DNA from: Vicinamibacteria bacterium
Lineage (GTDB): Bacteria; Acidobacteriota; Vicinamibacteria; Marinacidobacterales; Marinacidobacteraceae
Reading direction: 5' to 3'
Assembly: GCA_963668695.2 (NCBI GenBank)
Contig: CAXXLQ010000004.1
Span: 640,001-704,000, forward strand
DNA: 64,000 bases
The stretch's first letter is position 1, and every line of letters begins with the position of its first letter. The translations under genes and the position numbers were made by a program. Shown piece by piece: positions 1-9,835 of this stretch. Below the pieces are notes generated by a model that did no database searches, was not told where the DNA came from, and saw only the letters and a program-made list of their open reading frames with translations.

Positions 1-352
1 CGAGGGTCGCCCGTTCCGGTAGGGGAGGGTCGAGAGGAAGGAACTGTCGGTGGGGCGCCAGTGCGCGGTTCAACGCCCCGACGGTCGTACCCGCCCAGGC
101 CTCGACGGTCAGATCCTGGACGTGGTGCTCGATCACCCCCGACAGGCCACCGATGTCCAGCACCCGATCGGCACGCACCGGGGCGCCCAACTCCAGGCGA
201 GTGCCGCCTCCCCGAAGGACCACCTTTTCTCCGGCGCGGGAGGCCGCGGCGAGAACGCTTCCCACCTCCTCCTCGCAGGCGGGTGCCGAAGTCCGGCCGA
301 CCGGGACGCCGTCCAGCGTGACCGCGACAGTCGGGGGTTCAGGCCGGTTCAC
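1..352 (-). CDS. FAD-binding oxidoreductase, glycolate oxidase GlcE-like subunit (runs off the window edge)
   Basis: Manual translation from GTG at 352: VLRGGGTRLELG...SGVIEHHVQDLTVEAWAGTT...QFLPLDPP...ATL; directly downstream of the GlcD-like gene. Confidence 0.75.
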   Translation of the reverse strand, partial: MNRPEPPTVAVTLDGVPVGRTSAPACEEEVGSVLAAASRAGEKVVLRGGGTRLELGAPVRADRVLDIGGLSGVIEHHVQDLTVEAWAGTTVGALNRALAPHRQFLPLDPPLPERATL

Positions 353-367
353 CGGGTACCTCCCGGA

Positions 368-1828
368 TCAGATCCAGGCGCCCGGGATCGCGGCGACCCG
401 GCCCGGCAATCCACTCTCGGGGCCGCTCTCGGGAAGGGCTGCCCGCGACTCGCCGCAGCCGGCTCGCACCGGAAAAATCTTGCCCGGGTTCAGCAGCCCT
501 TGCCGGTTCCACGCGTCCCGGACCCGGCGCATCGCCTCGATGTCATCCTCTCCAAAGAGCAGATGAAGGGAATCGCGCTTCTCGATCCCCACCCCGTGCT
601 CGCCGGACAGCACCCCACCGAGCCGGACGCACATCACGAGCAACTCGTGGCTCGCGGCGAGCACCCGGGCCTTTTCGTCCGGATTCCGCCCGTCGTAGGA
701 CATGCAAGGATGGAGGTTCCCGTCCCCCGCGTGAAACACGTTCGCGATCCGGAGGCCGTGGCGTTTTCCGATTCTCTCGACTTCCGCAATGGCCTCGGGG
801 AGCGCGGAGCGGGGAACCACCCCGTCCTGCACGTAGAGATCGGTCGAGATACGGCCCATGGCGCCGAAGGCGAACTTGCGGCCGCGCCAGAGCAGTTCCC
901 GCTCCGCCGCGTCACTCGCGACCCGAATCTCGAGGGCCCCGCAGTCCTGGAGGATGCGGTCCACCTCGGTTCGCTGCCGGGCGACCGCCTCGCTGGCGCC
1001 GTCAAGCTCGAGAAGAAGTACCGCCCCGGCACCCTTCGGGTAGCCCGCTCCGATGCCGGCCTCGACCACCTCGATCGTGGCCGCGTCGAGCATCTCCATC
1101 GCCACCGGAACGATGCCGGCGGCAACGATCCGGGAGACGGCTTCGCAAGCCGGCACCAGACCGCCGAAGGGCGCCAGCAGGGTCTCGACGGTCTCCGGAA
1201 GGGGGAGCAGCCGCACCGTGGCTTCGGTGGCGATCCCGAGGGTGCCCTCGGAACCGATGAAGAGTCCGAGCAGGTCGTAGCCGGCGTCATCCTCCGAGAG
1301 GACCACCACCTCGCCGTCGTCGAGGACCACGGTCGCCGACAGGATGTGCGAAGTGGTCGCCCCCAGCTTGAAACAGTGCGGTCCTCCCGAGTTCTCGGCG
1401 ATGTTGCCTCCGAGAGTGCAGGCGGACTGGCTCGACGGGTCGGGAGCGAAGAAGAGTCCGAAGGGAGCGGCGGCCCGCGATATCTCGAGGTTGACCACCC
1501 CCGTCTGACAGCGGGCGATCCGCTCCCGGGCGTTGATCTCGAGGACCTTGCTCATGCCCGCCAGCGAAATCACCACCCCGCCCTCGATCGGGGTCGCGCC
1601 TCCGGAAAGACCGGTCCCGGCCCCGCGCGCGGTGAAGGGGACGCCGGCGGCGGCGCAAGCCCGCACTACCGCGGACACTTCGGCGGTGGTGCGGGGGAGC
1701 GCCACGGCCTGGGGCGCACTGCGGTAGGCGGTGCTCCCGTCACATTCGTAGGGAAGCGTGTGCTCCGGACGGACGAGAAAACCGTGTCGCCCGAGGAGAG
1801 GTCGAAGTGCGGCGGCAAGCGCTTCCAT
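368..1828 (-). CDS. FAD-linked oxidase, glycolate oxidase GlcD-like subunit
   Basis: RGAGTGLSGGA, FAPDPSS, GGNIAENSGGPHC, GSEGTLG, HAGDGNLHP, GEHGVG motifs; start could be as far up as 1867. Confidence 0.85.
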   Translation of the reverse strand: MEALAAALRPLLGRHGFLVRPEHTLPYECDGSTAYRSAPQAVALPRTTAEVSAVVRACAAAGVPFTARGAGTGLSGGATPIEGGVVISLAGMSKVLEINARERIARCQTGVVNLEISRAAAPFGLFFAPDPSSQSACTLGGNIAENSGGPHCFKLGATTSHILSATVVLDDGEVVVLSEDDAGYDLLGLFIGSEGTLGIATEATVRLLPLPETVETLLAPFGGLVPACEAVSRIVAAGIVPVAMEMLDAATIEVVEAGIGAGYPKGAGAVLLLELDGASEAVARQRTEVDRILQDCGALEIRVASDAAERELLWRGRKFAFGAMGRISTDLYVQDGVVPRSALPEAIAEVERIGKRHGLRIANVFHAGDGNLHPCMSYDGRNPDEKARVLAASHELLVMCVRLGGVLSGEHGVGIEKRDSLHLLFGEDDIEAMRRVRDAWNRQGLLNPGKIFPVRAGCGESRAALPESGPESGLPGRVAAIPGAWI

Positions 1829-1921
1829 CAGCGAGATCCCGGAAATAGGTTGAAGGGCAACCACCACCCGTCGGCGCGGTCACGCCCCGAAGTATCCCAG
1901 CCCCGGCGTCAATCCGCGTCG

Positions 1922-2381
1922 TTAACAGCCTGTGGTGAAACCCGCGTGAGCGCCGAGAGCGGCCAGTTCTCCCGGTGGGGGCGAGGCGCCCGGCTGGCAA
2001 GGCGCGTGAGGGAGGAGCCCCCACCGGGAGAACTGGCCCGAGTGTATTTCGACCGAAACGCAACGCAGAGCGCCGCGAAGCGCCAGTTCTCCCGGTGGGG
2101 GGGCGGTTCAGCCGGGATGCATCGCCGGTCGAACGCCGCGTGGGTTTTGCCACAGGCTGTTAACAGCCTCTGGTGGAACCCGGGTGAGCGCCGAGAGCGG
2201 CCAGTTCTCCCGGTGGGGGCGAGGCGCCCGCCTGACAAGGCGCGTGAGGGAGGAGCCCCCACCGGGAGAACTGGCCCGAGTGTATTTCGACCGAAACGCA
2301 ACGAAGAGCGCCGCAAAGCGGCGCGGTTCAGGCGGGATGCATCGCCGGTCGAACGCCGCGTGGGTTTTGCCACAGGCTGTT
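1922..2381. mobile_element. Tandem pair of MITE-like inverted-repeat elements (family A)
   Basis: TTAA-CAGCCTGTGG...CCACAGGCTG-TTAA-CAGCCTCTGG...CCACAGGCTG-TTCA; five 18-nt modules. Confidence 0.85.
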
Positions 2382-2421
2382 CAAGGGCTCACTGGCCAGC
2401 CAGTCTCACGCTGGTGGCGCT

Positions 2422-2430
2422 TGTTATACT
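2422..2430 (+). promoter_or_regulatory. Possible extended -10 promoter element for yjbQ
   Basis: TGTTATACT (TGn-TATACT) about 65 nt upstream of ATG 2495. Confidence 0.35.
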
Positions 2431-2494
2431 GGCTTTCCGTTTGCTCGCTCCGGCCCCACGCCGACAGCGGGTAGGCCGGGTCAAGGAGTCCCAG

Positions 2495-2998
2495 ATGCAG
2501 AGCGTACTGACGCAACCGACGGTCAAGGTCGCCCAGCCGGAGTCCGGCCAGGACGTGTTCCGCGGCCAGATGAAGGTCATGCATCGGACGCTGAAAGTGG
2601 TCACGGATTCGCGCGTGGAACTGCACAACATCAGCGACCGCGTACGCGACCAGGTCCGGGATTCGGGCATCAAGGCCGGTTTCCTCATCCTCTCGACGCT
2701 TCACACCACGACCGCGCTTTTCCTGAACGAATTCCAGGCGGCCCTGATGGCCGACCTCACCGAGTGCCTCGAGCGGCTCGTGGACACCGAGGACGGTTAC
2801 CTCCACAACTGCGAAGACTGTTCCGATTGCGAGCGGAAGAATGCTGACGCGCACCTCCGCGCGGCGCTGCTCGGTCACAACGTGACCGTTCCGATCCACG
2901 AGGGAGAGATCAGCCTCGGACAGTGGCAGAGCATCCTCTTCGCGGAACTCGACGGGCCGCGCCAGCGGACGGTCACCGCTCACCTGATCGGAGTCTAG
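2495..2998 (+). CDS. yjbQ: YjbQ/UPF0047 family protein (secondary thiamine-phosphate synthase-like)
   Basis: HTTTALFLNE, NADAHLRA, LGQWQSILFAELDGPR motifs; AAGGAG RBS before ATG 2495. Confidence 0.85.
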   Translation: MQSVLTQPTVKVAQPESGQDVFRGQMKVMHRTLKVVTDSRVELHNISDRVRDQVRDSGIKAGFLILSTLHTTTALFLNEFQAALMADLTECLERLVDTEDGYLHNCEDCSDCERKNADAHLRAALLGHNVTVPIHEGEISLGQWQSILFAELDGPRQRTVTAHLIGV

Positions 2999-3042
2999 GA
3001 ACGCCGGTCTCCAGACCGGCATCGCCGCCCGGAGGGCGGCGA
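2999..3042. repeat. REP-like double hairpin (family B)
   Basis: GGAACGCCGGTCTCCAGACCGGCATCGCCGCCCGGAGGGCGGCG; related copies at 17370-17410 and 17467-17517. Confidence 0.6.
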
Positions 3043-3120
3043 GATCCCCGACGTCAGCCTCACCGATAGCTCCTGACCCCGCTACCGGGAACACGGCTCG
3101 GACAACACCGGATAGAGCCT

Positions 3121-3828
3121 GTGCCCTCGCCATCAGCAGGACCCCCGGTAGCCATCGTCACGGGCGCCAGTCAGGGGATCGGAGCCGCAACCGCCGTGAA
3201 GCTCGCCGAGCGTGGTTTCGCCGTCGCGCTGGCGGCGCGCCGCCCGATGGGTCTCGTCTCGATCGAGAATCGGATCCGGGAAACGGGCGGGTTCGCCTTT
3301 GTTGCCCCGACCGACATCACGGAATCGGGCCAGGTACGCGAGTTGGTCGCGGAAACCGAGAGGCGTTTTGGTCCCGTGGGATTGCTGGTGAACGCCGCGG
3401 GCGCGGCCTTTCGCGCTCCCCTTACCGCCACCTCCGAGGCGGACTTCGACCGGGTCCTGGGAGTGAATCTGAAGGGCGTGTTCCTCGCTACCAAGGCCGT
3501 TCTGCCGGCGATGATCGAACGGAGAAGCGGCCGCATCGTGAACCTGGCGGCGGTGGCGGCTCGGATCGGCGCTTCCCGGTTGGCCGCCTATGGCGCCTCG
3601 AAGTGGGGTGTCGTGGGGTTCACCAAGGCATGCGCGGAGGAACTGCGGCCCGCCGGAATCTCGGTGTTCGCGGTTTGCCCCGGTTCCGTGGATACCGAGT
3701 CCTACCGAACGGTGATCCCGGGCGCAAAGCCGAGGTCCAGCCCCGAAGCGGTGGCGGATGTCATTGTCTGGCTCGGCAGCGAAGCTCCCGCAGCCATGTC
3801 CGGCAGCGTGTTGGATGCGCCCGGGTAA
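3121..3828 (+). CDS. SDR family NAD(P)-dependent oxidoreductase
   Basis: TGASQGIG, VNAAG, YGASK motifs. Confidence 0.9.
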   Translation: MPSPSAGPPVAIVTGASQGIGAATAVKLAERGFAVALAARRPMGLVSIENRIRETGGFAFVAPTDITESGQVRELVAETERRFGPVGLLVNAAGAAFRAPLTATSEADFDRVLGVNLKGVFLATKAVLPAMIERRSGRIVNLAAVAARIGASRLAAYGASKWGVVGFTKACAEELRPAGISVFAVCPGSVDTESYRTVIPGAKPRSSPEAVADVIVWLGSEAPAAMSGSVLDAPG

Positions 3829-3839
3829 AGGTGAAGATC

Positions 3840-5808
3840 ATGAAGAGACTCCAAGCAGCCTGTGAACAAAGTCACGCGGCCCAGTTCTCCCGGTGGGGAC
3901 TTGAGCGGCGATCCATCCCGGCTGGCCCCCACCGGGAGAACTGGCCGCCCCGCTTCGCGTGGCTCATCGTTGCGCTTCGGTCGGAATACACCAGGTATTC
4001 GTCCCTCGCACGCCTTGTCAGCCGGGCGCCTCGCCCCCACCGGGAGAATTGGCGCTCTCGGCGCTCTCGCCACTTTGTCCACAGGCTGCTAACCCTCCTG
4101 GCCGTCGCGGGCGTCGCCCCGACGGGCCTCGCCTGCGGCCCCTCCGGGCCGGCCGCCGATGCGATCTACCGCAATGCGAAAGTGGTAACCGCCGACGACG
4201 ACTTCAACATCGCCGAGGCTTTCGCGGTGGTGGATGGACGGTTCGCGGCGGTGGGCTCGGAGGAGGCAGTCGAGGAAGCCTTTCCCGGCGGCGCCGCGGA
4301 GGTCGTGGATCTCCAGGGGAAGACGGTCCTTCCGGGGTTCAACGACAACCACATCCACCTCGGCCCCGGCCGGGCCCTGCAGCGCTGGGAAGACGGGCTG
4401 GTACCCGGACTGCCGGAATGGTCGGCGGAGGCGACCGAGCCGGACGAGCTCTTCGCCGCGCTGGAGGCGGAGGCAGCTACGAGGTCGCCGGGCGAGTGGA
4501 TTCGCGGCGGGCTCACCCGGATGGACTGGCCGAACAGCCGGATCCCGGACCGCTGGCTCCTGGACGAGGCCGCCCCCGACAACCCGGTGATGCTCACCCG
4601 CGGGCCCCACACCTACTTGCTGAACTCACCGGCGCTGCAACTCGCGGGAATCGACCGCAACACGCCCGACCCGGAGGGGGGCTGGATCTTCCGCGACGCG
4701 AACGGCGAACCGACCGGCCGCGTCCTCGAAGCGGCGCGCCGGATCGTGGATCGAGTCCTTCCCCCGGCGCCGGAAGTCCCCTACGAGAGGGGCATCGAGA
4801 CCATGCGCGCGACGCTGGGCAAGCTGGCCGCCATGGGGATCACCAGCGTGAACATCGCCGGGGTCCGGCCGAGGGGGATTCCGGCGGTGCGGGACCTCTA
4901 CGCCCGCTACGGCGAGGAGCTACCGCGGGCGACGATGCAGGTGCGCCTGAGCCCCGGCCACGACACCTACGACGACCCGGAGGAAGGGATACGGCGCGAG
5001 ACCCAAGCGCTCGAAGAACTCGGCTTCGTTACCGGCGAGGGGGACTCCCGTTTCCGGGTCGGCGCGGTGAAGATGAGCATTGACGGCGGCCTGAGCGCTC
5101 CGGTGTTCTGGTCGCTCGAGCCCTACGAGGGCCGGCCCGACTTCTTCGGCGCCATCCGCATCCCGGCCGAGGTCTTCCATCCGGTCGCGAAAGCGAGCCC
5201 ACGAACTCGGCTGGCAGCTCGGCATCCACACCATGGGCGACGGCGCCGTGAAGATGGTGGCGGAAGCGATGGCCCGCATCCTGGACGAAATCCCCCGCGA
5301 GGACCACCGGCACTACCTGCACCACGTGGCGGTCAAACCACCCGCGGACACCATCGCGCTCATGGCGGAGCACGGCATCATGGTGGCGAGCCAGCCGTCC
5401 TTCACCGTGGGGCTCGGCGCCTACGCCGAGGAGGCGCTCACCGCCGAACGGGAAGCAACCCAGAATCCGACCCGTTCCCTGCTCGACGCCGGAGTTCGCG
5501 TCTCCCACGGCTCCGACTCGGCGCCTTACGGGCCGCTGATCACGATCTGGACCGCGGTCACCCGGCGGGGCTTCGACGGCGAGGTGCACGGGCCGGAAGA
5601 AGCGGTCAGCATCGAGGAAGCGATCCGCCTGCACACCCGGGAGCCGGCCTTCTTCACCTTCGAAGAGAGCGAGAAGGGCACCATCGCCGAGGGCATGTTG
5701 GCCGACTTCATCGTGCTGTCCGACGACATTCTCACGGTCCCGGTGGACGACATCCGCGACCTGCGGGTCGAGCGAACGTTCATCGGCGGCCGGGAGGTCA
5801 AGCCGTAA
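3840..5808 (+). pseudogene. Amidohydrolase-3 family lipoprotein with in-frame MITE in the signal peptide and a +1 frameshift near 5191
   Basis: DLQGKTVLPGFNDNHIH, K-SIDGGL, IHTMGD, GSDS, GMLADF motifs split over two frames; extra A in GCGAAAGCGA (VAKRAHELGWQ expected); could be a sequencing error. Confidence 0.75.
3853..4092. mobile_element. MITE-like element (family A) inside the amidohydrolase 5' end
   Basis: CAGCCTGTGAACAAAG...CTTTGTCCACAGGCTG-CTAA; three 18-nt modules. Confidence 0.85.
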
Positions 5809-5843
5809 GGGCGGCGCGACCGCCCCCAGGGGGGGAGATTCCC

Positions 5844-6245
5844 TTAGAGAGTCTTTACGGTCTCCGGCTGGATGTAGTAGGCGACCCGCACTTCCCCGGG
5901 GCGGCGCCACTCGTAGCGATCGGTCCCGATGTACTTGCGGGCGAGGCGGTCGATCCCCTCTTCCGCGCCTTCCTCGGCAACTTTTACCACCCGGCCCCGG
6001 ATCATCAGTGCCTTGAAGGGATCGTCCGGATGGGTGGCGGAGAGCGCCACCCGCGCATCGCGCCGGATGTTGATGTCCTTGACCCGCCCTGCCGCGGAAT
6101 TCACGACGATCAGATCGCCGTCGGTCTCCGCCCACACCGGGGAAACCTGGGGGCTGCCGTCGGCCATCAGGGTGGCCAGGTGGACATAGGCCCGGGTCGC
6201 CAGGAATTCCTGGACTTCCGGGGAGAGGGTGTTCGTTCTGGGCAT
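5844..6245 (-). CDS. PPOX class F420-dependent oxidoreductase (pyridoxamine 5'-phosphate oxidase family)
   Basis: LATLMADGSPQVSPVW, GRVKDINIRRDARVAL, LARKYIG. Confidence 0.85.
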   Translation of the reverse strand: MPRTNTLSPEVQEFLATRAYVHLATLMADGSPQVSPVWAETDGDLIVVNSAAGRVKDINIRRDARVALSATHPDDPFKALMIRGRVVKVAEEGAEEGIDRLARKYIGTDRYEWRRPGEVRVAYYIQPETVKTL

Positions 6246-6268
6246 GTCTTGGAGTCTCCCGGCGGCTG

Positions 6269-7360
6269 TCAGTTCGATTCCGTCAGTTCCCGCTCGACCT
6301 CATCCCTGAGTTGTTCGGACGGCACCGCGCCGCCAACGTATCGCCCGTTCACGAACACGGCGGGCGTCCCACCCTGTCCGAGCGCCATGGCGGCTTCAAA
6401 GTCCGTCTGCACCCTGCCGTAGTGGCGGCCCGAGTTGACGCATTCGGCGAACGCTTCGGTGTCGAGTCCCAGGAGCACCGCGTGCTGCTCGAGGTTGTCC
6501 GGCGAGAGGTTTTCGTCGGTCCAGAGCGCGTCGTGGTATTCCCAGAACTTCCCCTGGTCCTCCGCGCAGATCGAGGCCTCAGCGGCCTTCTGCGCCAGCG
6601 GATGCATGTTGCGCAGCGGGTAGTGCCGGAAAACGAGGCGGATCTTCCCCTCGTACTCCTCGGCTTCGCGGAGCTGGTCGAGGGTGGTGTTGAAGCGGCG
6701 GCAATAGGGGCACTCGAAATCGGAGAAGACCACGATCTCCACCGGCGCGTCTTCGGGACCTATCGTTGAATGGCCTTCCGTCTCGATCGCCACCCGGTAG
6801 GCGGGTACGGCCAGATTCCATTCGGCCTCGCCCAACAAGCGGTTGCCGGCCATTTCGATATTCCGCGTCATCTTCTGGTTCGCAATCTGCCGCCGGAGGC
6901 TGGTCCCGATCTCTTCGAGTGACCGTCCCCCGAACTGCTGGCGGTTCTGGTTGTACACGTTCTGGACCTCTTCGTCGCTGACTTCCGGAAGGCCGATCTC
7001 GTTCGTGTAGTACTGGTTCAGGGTCATCCCCTTCTCCGCGGCCGCGGCCATGAGCAGTTGCTCCCGCGCCGCCCGCACCACGCTCTCCTCCAGCAACTCG
7101 TGGCTCTTCGTGTAGTAGTCGCTCCGGAGCTGAGCGAGTTGGAACCGATCCCGCTCCGAGAGATCGTCGAGAGTGATCTCCTCACCGTTCAGGATCCCGA
7201 GCACCTCGGAGTCCACACTGTCCGGAAGAAGCGAGCCAGAGCCGCGGGCCTGGCCCCCGGAACCGGCGGCGGCGCCGCCCTCGCAGCCTACGAAGGCGAA
7301 GAGAGAGACGATGGCCGCAATCGGAGCGGCCGTCCGAAAGAACATGCGCATGAGAGACAC
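6269..7360 (-). CDS. DsbA/thioredoxin-domain lipoprotein
   Basis: FSDFECPYC, FRHYPL, GTPAVFVNG; lipobox-like FVGC. Confidence 0.85.
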   Translation of the reverse strand: MSLMRMFFRTAAPIAAIVSLFAFVGCEGGAAAGSGGQARGSGSLLPDSVDSEVLGILNGEEITLDDLSERDRFQLAQLRSDYYTKSHELLEESVVRAAREQLLMAAAAEKGMTLNQYYTNEIGLPEVSDEEVQNVYNQNRQQFGGRSLEEIGTSLRRQIANQKMTRNIEMAGNRLLGEAEWNLAVPAYRVAIETEGHSTIGPEDAPVEIVVFSDFECPYCRRFNTTLDQLREAEEYEGKIRLVFRHYPLRNMHPLAQKAAEASICAEDQGKFWEYHDALWTDENLSPDNLEQHAVLLGLDTEAFAECVNSGRHYGRVQTDFEAAMALGQGGTPAVFVNGRYVGGAVPSEQLRDEVERELTESN

Positions 7361-7462
7361 CTCGTTCTCGAGCGAATCAGGGCCGCCGACGCACGGCGCC
7401 CGCTAACGGCCAAGCGCCACTATTCGCGAGAAACCGAAAGGATACCCCGTCGCGAGGAGTCT

Positions 7463-7619
7463 GTCCGGGTAGTGGCGTGAGCACCGAGACCGGTGAGGCG
7501 CCCGGCTGACAAGGCGCAAATCGGGAGGCATACCGACGTATGCCGACTGATTTGGAACGCCGAGCGAAGCGGTTCAGCCGGGATGATTCGCCGGTCGAAT
7601 GCCGCGCCACTACCCGGAC
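7463..7619. mobile_element. Divergent family A element with no 18-nt modules
   Basis: Shares GGCGCCCGGCTGACAAGGCGC and GGTTCAGCCGGGATG...CGCCGGTCGAA core; ends GTCCGGGTAGTGGCG / CGCCACTACCCGGAC; overlaps the dtd stop. Confidence 0.7.
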
Positions 7620-8071
7620 CGACTCCTTCCGGATGGGCTTTCAACGAGCAGGGTGTAAGGCCCGTCGTTCAGCAGGGAGACCTCCATCATCGCCCCGAAG
7701 CGGCCGGTGCCCACCGGAACCGCGAGTTCCCGGAGCTCGGCGCAGAATTCCTCGTAGAGCGCTTCGGCCTCCGGCCCCGGGGCTGCCCGGGTAAAGGAGG
7801 GACGCCTCCCCTTGCGGCAGTTCCCCAGCAGGGTGAACTGGGACACGGCGAGCACCTCGCCACCGATCTCGAGGACGCTTCTCTCCGGTTGTGCCTCGGG
7901 GGCTCGAAACATCCGGAGCCCGGCGATCTTCTTCGCGAGCCAGGCGGCGTCCTCCGGGGTATCGGAGACCGAAACCCCAAGCAGGACCAGGAGTCCCTCT
8001 CCGATTTCGGAGACGAGTTGACCGCCTACCGAAACCGAGGCACGGGAGACCCGCTGAACGACCGCAATCAC
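7610..8071 (-). CDS. dtd: D-aminoacyl-tRNA deacylase
   Basis: VVQRVSRASV, SQFTL, KGRRPSF, NDGP motifs. Confidence 0.95.
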   Translation of the reverse strand: MIAVVQRVSRASVSVGGQLVSEIGEGLLVLLGVSVSDTPEDAAWLAKKIAGLRMFRAPEAQPERSVLEIGGEVLAVSQFTLLGNCRKGRRPSFTRAAPGPEAEALYEEFCAELRELAVPVGTGRFGAMMEVSLLNDGPYTLLVESPSGRSRSG

Positions 8072-8089
8072 CAGGCTGTCACCACTCGC

Positions 8090-9835
8090 TCACCCCGGGA
8101 TACCGCGCGGTGGGCCGTTTCCCGCACCGGGAGCGATCCCGTACGCCCGCAAAAGATCCGAGACAGTGACCACCGCCTGGAGCTGGTGGACGTCCACCCG
8201 GCTCACCACGGGAAGAGTGTCCATGCGGAGCCGGCCCATGGTGGCCAGCACGTGGTCGATGGGCTGGTCGGCGTGGGCGTAGGGAAACTTCCGGCCTCTC
8301 ACCAGGTCGCCGAGTCGGTCCTGATCCTGTCCCCAGGCGTGGAATCGCTCCAACTCGGCGAGCGTGATCAACCCCGAGATCCGGTTCCCCTCGGCCACCG
8401 GCCACGCACGCTTGCCGCTGAGCGCCACCCGTTCGATGGCGTCCTCGACGGTCAGGTCCGGAGGAAGCAACTCCCGCGGCGGGCGCATCGCGGCCCGCAC
8501 CACCGGATGGGGCTCCTCGTCCTCCGTGGAGGGAAGCTGGATCCCGTCCTGCGCCGCAAGGGCCTCGTACACCGATACGGGCTGGAGCCGCCGGGAGACG
8601 AAAAACGAGGTCAGGTTCGCAATCATTATCGGCACGATGACCGCGTAGCTCTGGGTGATCTCGAAGATCATGAAGACCGACGCCATCGGGACCCGGAGGA
8701 TCCCGGCGAACGCCGCCCCCATACCCACCAGGGCGTAGGGGCCGGGTCCGGATGCGAAGTCGAACCAGAGGTTGGCCACGCTGCCCACCACCCCGCCCAG
8801 CATGGCGCCGAGGAAGATGCTGGGGCCGAAGATCCCTCCGGCGTTGCCGGAGGCGTAGGCGACGACCACCAGGACGAGGTGGACGGCAAGGAGAACCGCC
8901 ATCCGTCCCATGGGCAACTCACCCGCCAGCGCCTCGCCCACGGGGCCGTAACCCACCCCGAAGAAGCCGGGAAGCAACAACCAGGCGGCGGCCACCGCCA
9001 CCCCGCCGAGTGCCGGCTGGAACCAGCGGCTCGCCACCGGAAGCCGGCGGATTTGGGCACGCAGCCAGAGCAGGGTGCGCACGAACCCGACCGACATCAG
9101 CCCCCCGAGCACCCCGAGCACGGCATAGATGAGGAGTTCCGCAGGATGCCCGAGCTCGTAGGCGGGAACCGAGAAGAGCGGTTCGTCGCCAAGCGAAAGC
9201 CTGAGCACCAGCCAGCTCGCCACCGCGCTCAGAACCACCGAGCCGAGCACCCGCGCGTGGAGATTTCCGACGATTTCCTCCAGCGAGAACAGGATCGCGG
9301 CGATCGGGGTGTTGAAGGCCGCGGCGATCGCCGCCGCCGTCCCGACCGGTATCAGTTGCCGCCGCTGCTCGGTGTCGAGCCCGAGGGCTTCTCCCACGGA
9401 GGAAGCGATCCCGGCCCCGATCTGCGCGGACGGGCCCTCGCGCCCCAGCGGGATGCCGGCGCCCAGGGTGAGCACCCCGCAGACGTACTTCCCAAAGGCT
9501 GTGCGGAACGGAATCCGACCGTCGTTCGCGACCAGCGCCGCCTTGGTCTGCGGAATCCCGCTTCCGCGGGCTTCGCCGAACCAGCGGTGCATCAGGAAGC
9601 CGGCAGCCAACGCCCCCAGGACCGGCGCGGCAAAGCGGATCGCTCCGAGCGCCTGCCCGTGAATCATCACTTCGGTGAGCCATTCGGTCACCACGATGAA
9701 GGACACGATGACCGCACCTACCAGCGCTCCGATCCCCAGGTTGAGACCGGTGAAGAAGCCGGAAGAGCGAAGGAACTCCCGCGACGACAGGGCCTCGGCA
9801 ATCCGGGAGACCAGGTGAACCCGGACCCGGCTCAT
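8090..9835 (-). CDS. ClC-family Cl-/H+ antiporter with CBS domains
   Basis: GSGIP, GREGP (gating Glu), FSLEE, GGIFGP; ATGA overlap with the upstream SSS stop. Confidence 0.9.
   Translation of the reverse strand: MSRVRVHLVSRIAEALSSREFLRSSGFFTGLNLGIGALVGAVIVSFIVVTEWLTEVMIHGQALGAIRFAAPVLGALAAGFLMHRWFGEARGSGIPQTKAALVANDGRIPFRTAFGKYVCGVLTLGAGIPLGREGPSAQIGAGIASSVGEALGLDTEQRRQLIPVGTAAAIAAAFNTPIAAILFSLEEIVGNLHARVLGSVVLSAVASWLVLRLSLGDEPLFSVPAYELGHPAELLIYAVLGVLGGLMSVGFVRTLLWLRAQIRRLPVASRWFQPALGGVAVAAAWLLLPGFFGVGYGPVGEALAGELPMGRMAVLLAVHLVLVVVAYASGNAGGIFGPSIFLGAMLGGVVGSVANLWFDFASGPGPYALVGMGAAFAGILRVPMASVFMIFEITQSYAVIVPIMIANLTSFFVSRRLQPVSVYEALAAQDGIQLPSTEDEEPHPVVRAAMRPPRELLPPDLTVEDAIERVALSGKRAWPVAEGNRISGLITLAELERFHAWGQDQDRLGDLVRGRKFPYAHADQPIDHVLATMGRLRMDTLPVVSRVDVHQLQAVVTVSDLLRAYGIAPGAGNGPPRGIPG

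Noticed and set aside
1922-2381. 18-nt repeats as a CRISPR array
   Set aside because: Mixed orientation, irregular spacing, spacers are conserved scaffold, and no cas genes.
50-2494. 982-aa plus-strand ORF 50..2998
   Set aside because: Antisense shadow of glcD/E plus read-through of repeats; only 2495-2998 (yjbQ) looks real.
5809-6422. C-terminal part of the 939-aa ORF 3603..6422
   Set aside because: Out-of-frame read-through after the frameshift, antisense to real genes.
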